A program made the translations under genes and the position numbers. Shown piece by piece: positions 61,141 through 64,000 of a stretch of 64,000 nt of DNA (position 1 is its first letter; each line of letters opens with the position of its first letter). The DNA lies in contig OZ219747.1 in the NCBI GenBank assembly GCA_964291265.2, positions 2,720,001-2,784,000 of the forward strand, read 5' to 3'. This DNA is from Alphaproteobacteria bacterium. GTDB taxonomy: Bacteria > Pseudomonadota > Alphaproteobacteria > SP197. A model generated the notes under the pieces. It saw only the letters and a list, made by a program, of their open reading frames with translations, searched no databases and was not told where the DNA came from.

Positions 61141-64000
61141 TCAGGCCCTCGCAACTGCTGTCGCCACGACATAGGCCGCGGCGGGGGCATACTTGCCGAG
61201 ACGCTCGGTGAATTTCTCCACCGCGTCACCCTCCATCACCAACCCCTGGGTGAAGTCCAGTTCGAAGGTCACCTCAAGGTTGCTCGACTGCGCAGCCCTG
61301 AATTGCTGTGAAAGGAACTCGCGCACCGGCTGGGCATCCTGGACAGGTCCGGTGAACTCCAGTTGGAACGACCCTCCTTCGCCAGTGTCGTAACCACCCG
61401 CCATGAAGATCGTCTTCGAGGCGCCGGGGAGGGCGCCAACAGCGTTGAAAAGGCGAAAGGCGTCGTTCGAGTCGTACATCTTGATGGTGAGCGAGGCGAT
61501 GGCTTCGACCTTCTTCTCCCGCGCCTGTTCCCAGACCCTCCCCAACGCTTCACGGAACACGCCCTCCACGGTGAAGGTCAGATCACCTTTGCCTTCATCG
61601 TCTTCATCATGGGTGGTGTCGTCTTCATCATCCTGTTGATCATTCTCGTCGTCGTCCTCGTCCTTGTCGTCGTCGGCTGGTGGACGAGGCCACACGCCGG
61701 ATTTCCTGGCAAAGTCCATGGTCAGGATCATGGACTGCTCATCGATCACGATGTGCGCCATCGGATCGCCGGGACCACACAGCAGGTCATCCCGCCGGTA
61801 GATGTAGTACCCCCCTTCAATACCGAGTCGCAGGCCCTGGATGAAAATGTCATCACCGATCAGCATGGGAAGTGACGTGTTGCGGCGGAACTCGTCCCGC
61901 AACGATCCGACGGTGATCTGTCCCTTGTTCTTCAGCGGCGTGCGGTCGCGCACGTAGGCGGGCGAATCCGGACTGTCCTCAGTGAGGCGCAGCTTTCTGA
62001 GGTCACGCAACACGCGCTCGACCTGTCGTTGCCCCTCGCCCGGCCGGTCGGACGTGGATTGGGTGTCGATCGCCGAGTGACCCAGATCGACCTGACCGCC
62101 CTCGATGCCATGGGGCGTGGGGTAGAAGACGTGTCGGTAGCACTGCTGAATGGCGATGGCGAGTTCCTGTTCGGACTTTGCCTCGAGCTCCCGCACCTTC
62201 TCTTGCTGATGGTCCGCCAGTTGGGTCAGCCGTTCAGGCCGTTTCATCTCGCGCAGGGCAAGGCGCCTGAGCACCTTGCCGCGCATGTCATCCACACGTG
62301 CGTCTTCGGCCACCACGAACACCAGATTGTTCTTCAATTTGCGGAGTGCGGAAGCTTGCGAACCAGTCCTTGAGTAGATGCGCTCCACCAGATCGGGAAC
62401 ACTGTCGATCGAAGACCCGATGGAGACTGCCTCGAACCCCATGAGAGCCAGCTTCGGACGGCCATCAGCGACATCGTCGGGTACATCGGAAGGAACTCCC
62501 GGAAACCGCACGACATCGAATGTTCGACCGTCGAAGATCTGCCCGATCCGGTCGTTCAGTTCGGAGCGGGCCTCCTGCCTGTCGACGGTGTCCTCGGTCC
62601 GGCGAATCATCTGCTGAAGGTTCGCTTCGGCACGAAACCGCATGGTCGCACCCGGACGGTCGTCAAGGTAGGCGGAGTCGGCGATGAACTTCTTGCGGGC
62701 ATCTTCGATGAAACTGATGTCGGTTTCCGGCCCCAGAATCGCAAAGCGCAACTCTTCCGGAGACAGACCCTTCAGGGAGTCGTTGAAGGCAAGGGAATGA
62801 ATGAAGATGGTGCGGGCGACGTGGGTGGCAAAGGGCTGCAGGCCGCCATGATGCGTTGCATCGATGTGCTGGGCCAGAGCAGTCCTCTCGGTTCCGGGAG
62901 AGACGATATCGTTGGAAATCGCCGGCCGAAAGGCCGACTGGTTGAGTCGTGTCACGATCTCCTGGCGGATCGGTTCGTGACCCGGATCAATGTGGTGGAG
63001 GTGGATGGCGGTCGTGTGGGCGGGCCTCTGGCTCCAGAGGTGGGAGAGCGTGTGCGCCAGCAGTCGCAACATGCCACGCACACGCTGGAAGCTGTCGAGC
63101 GTTGCTGTCTTGCCGGTCAGGGTGGCCAGGACATCTGGATGCAAGGGATAGCTGGACCGCAGGGACTCGACGGTCTCAGGTCTCCGAACATCGTCCGGGA
63201 GCGCTTCCCTGTGGGTGTTCCACACGTCACGATAGGCATCGGCGACCACGCTTGCCGCGGTCTCGTCGATTGATTCGAACAGGCGTCGCTTGAGAACCTG
63301 GATGGTCTCGTGTTCTTCCGTCGGATTGAGCAATGTCGCCGTGCGCCCGGCAACACTCTCCAGTTCGTTCATCATGTCGGCGATGAACTGGTTTTCCTGG
63401 CTGTAGGCATCGCGGGCGCGCCCGTCCTTGCCGATCGCCAGGGTGAAGACGACCACCGCATGGGGTGTGCTTTCCACCGCCTTGCAGAGAGAGGTCAGGA
63501 AGGCCGTGAGCTGTCCCCGGGCATTGTCGTTTCCCTGAACCTTGCGCAGGTAAACCGACAGTTCATCAAGCAGGATCAACGCAGGCTCGCCGCCAAACAG
63601 CTCACGCAAGGTCTCCGATCCCGGCGCCACGCGGGTCTCGTCGCTCTTGCGGACACGTTCGTAACCCTCGGGCCCCGCAAGAGCCGACGCGATCTCGCCC
63701 CACGGTGTGAAGGCGAGGTGGCCGGCTTCCATAAGGCGGCCATTGGTGGGATCGGCATTCTCGCCGTCGAAGGCCGCGATCCTCACCCCCGCCCCGGGAA
63801 GGAGCGCAGGATCGATGAACTCCCCGATGCCCGCCACATCCCCGTGACTGCGTGCAGCATGACAGAGTGCAATCAGCGCATGCGTCTTGCCGCCGCCATA
63901 GGATGTGTCGAGACGGAAGATCGATGCGACCTCGCCACCCGTTCCACTGAGACGGCGACACACGTTGCTGATGAGATTCTTCAGACCTTCAGTTGGATAG
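61141..64000 (-). CDS. DUF499-family AAA+ ATPase, 5' end outside the window
   Basis: TSYGGGKTH Walker A, TPWGEIA, LILLDE Walker B, SYPLHP and FQRVRGMLRLLA. Confidence 0.9.
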   Translation of the reverse strand, partial: YPTEGLKNLISNVCRRLSGTGGEVASIFRLDTSYGGGKTHALIALCHAARSHGDVAGIGEFIDPALLPGAGVRIAAFDGENADPTNGRLMEAGHLAFTPWGEIASALAGPEGYERVRKSDETRVAPGSETLRELFGGEPALILLDELSVYLRKVQGNDNARGQLTAFLTSLCKAVESTPHAVVVFTLAIGKDGRARDAYSQENQFIADMMNELESVAGRTATLLNPTEEHETIQVLKRRLFESIDETAASVVADAYRDVWNTHREALPDDVRRPETVESLRSSYPLHPDVLATLTGKTATLDSFQRVRGMLRLLAHTLSHLWSQRPAHTTAIHLHHIDPGHEPIRQEIVTRLNQSAFRPAISNDIVSPGTERTALAQHIDATHHGGLQPFATHVARTIFIHSLAFNDSLKGLSPEELRFAILGPETDISFIEDARKKFIADSAYLDDRPGATMRFRAEANLQQMIRRTEDTVDRQEARSELNDRIGQIFDGRTFDVVRFPGVPSDVPDDVADGRPKLALMGFEAVSIGSSIDSVPDLVERIYSRTGSQASALRKLKNNLVFVVAEDARVDDMRGKVLRRLALREMKRPERLTQLADHQQEKVRELEAKSEQELAIAIQQCYRHVFYPTPHGIEGGQVDLGHSAIDTQSTSDRPGEGQRQVERVLRDLRKLRLTEDSPDSPAYVRDRTPLKNKGQITVGSLRDEFRRNTSLPMLIGDDIFIQGLRLGIEGGYYIYRRDDLLCGPGDPMAHIVIDEQSMILTMDFARKSGVWPRPPADDDKDEDDDENDQQDDEDDTTHDEDDEGKGDLTFTVEGVFREALGRVWEQAREKKVEAIASLTIKMYDSNDAFRLFNAVGALPGASKTIFMAGGYDTGEGGSFQLEFTGPVQDAQPVREFLSQQFRAAQSSNLEVTFELDFTQGLVMEGDAVEKFTERLGKYAPAAAYVVATAVARA

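Overview
High-GC bacterial DNA; the gene content suggests an alphaproteobacterium (inference). 1-24 kb is mostly metabolic: a 3'-truncated SAM-methyltransferase fusion gene, a PLP aminotransferase, amtB, an amidase, a YdbH-like protein, a molybdo-hydroxylase maturation cluster (CoxD/CoxE/split XdhC/MocA fusion), ilvA, an RTX protein, a GATase, a DsbA-like isomerase, a CntA-like Rieske oxygenase, pncA, a flavin monooxygenase and OsmC. 24-52 kb is dense in decayed mobile elements, many with readable boundaries. An IS4 transposase is split by an IS66 (8-bp TSD), which is split by a 660-nt ORF-less group II intron whose exact removal restores the frame. Other elements are two 386-bp IS1634-derived MITEs with separate 6-bp TSDs, a 261-bp MITE at 18 kb, an ISKra4-like IS inserted in a repeated 28-bp palindrome, a DUF4338-ISAs1 pseudogene with a 9x24-bp repeat, and a subtilase/lipoprotein/integrase-remnant segment between duplicated amidase 3' ends. 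Cargo includes an AbiJ-like HEPN protein, a small ORF plus ClpP-fold protease pair, and a Rieske-type oxygenase lacking three of four cluster ligands. 52-64 kb is a tightly coupled minus-strand operon of the DUF499 / DUF1156 methylase / PLD-SNF2 (BREX-related, restriction-like) type. It carries an extra three-gene cassette (two unknowns plus an MBL-fold hydrolase), the best candidate here for an undescribed module. Family names come from manual motif recognition, not database searches.
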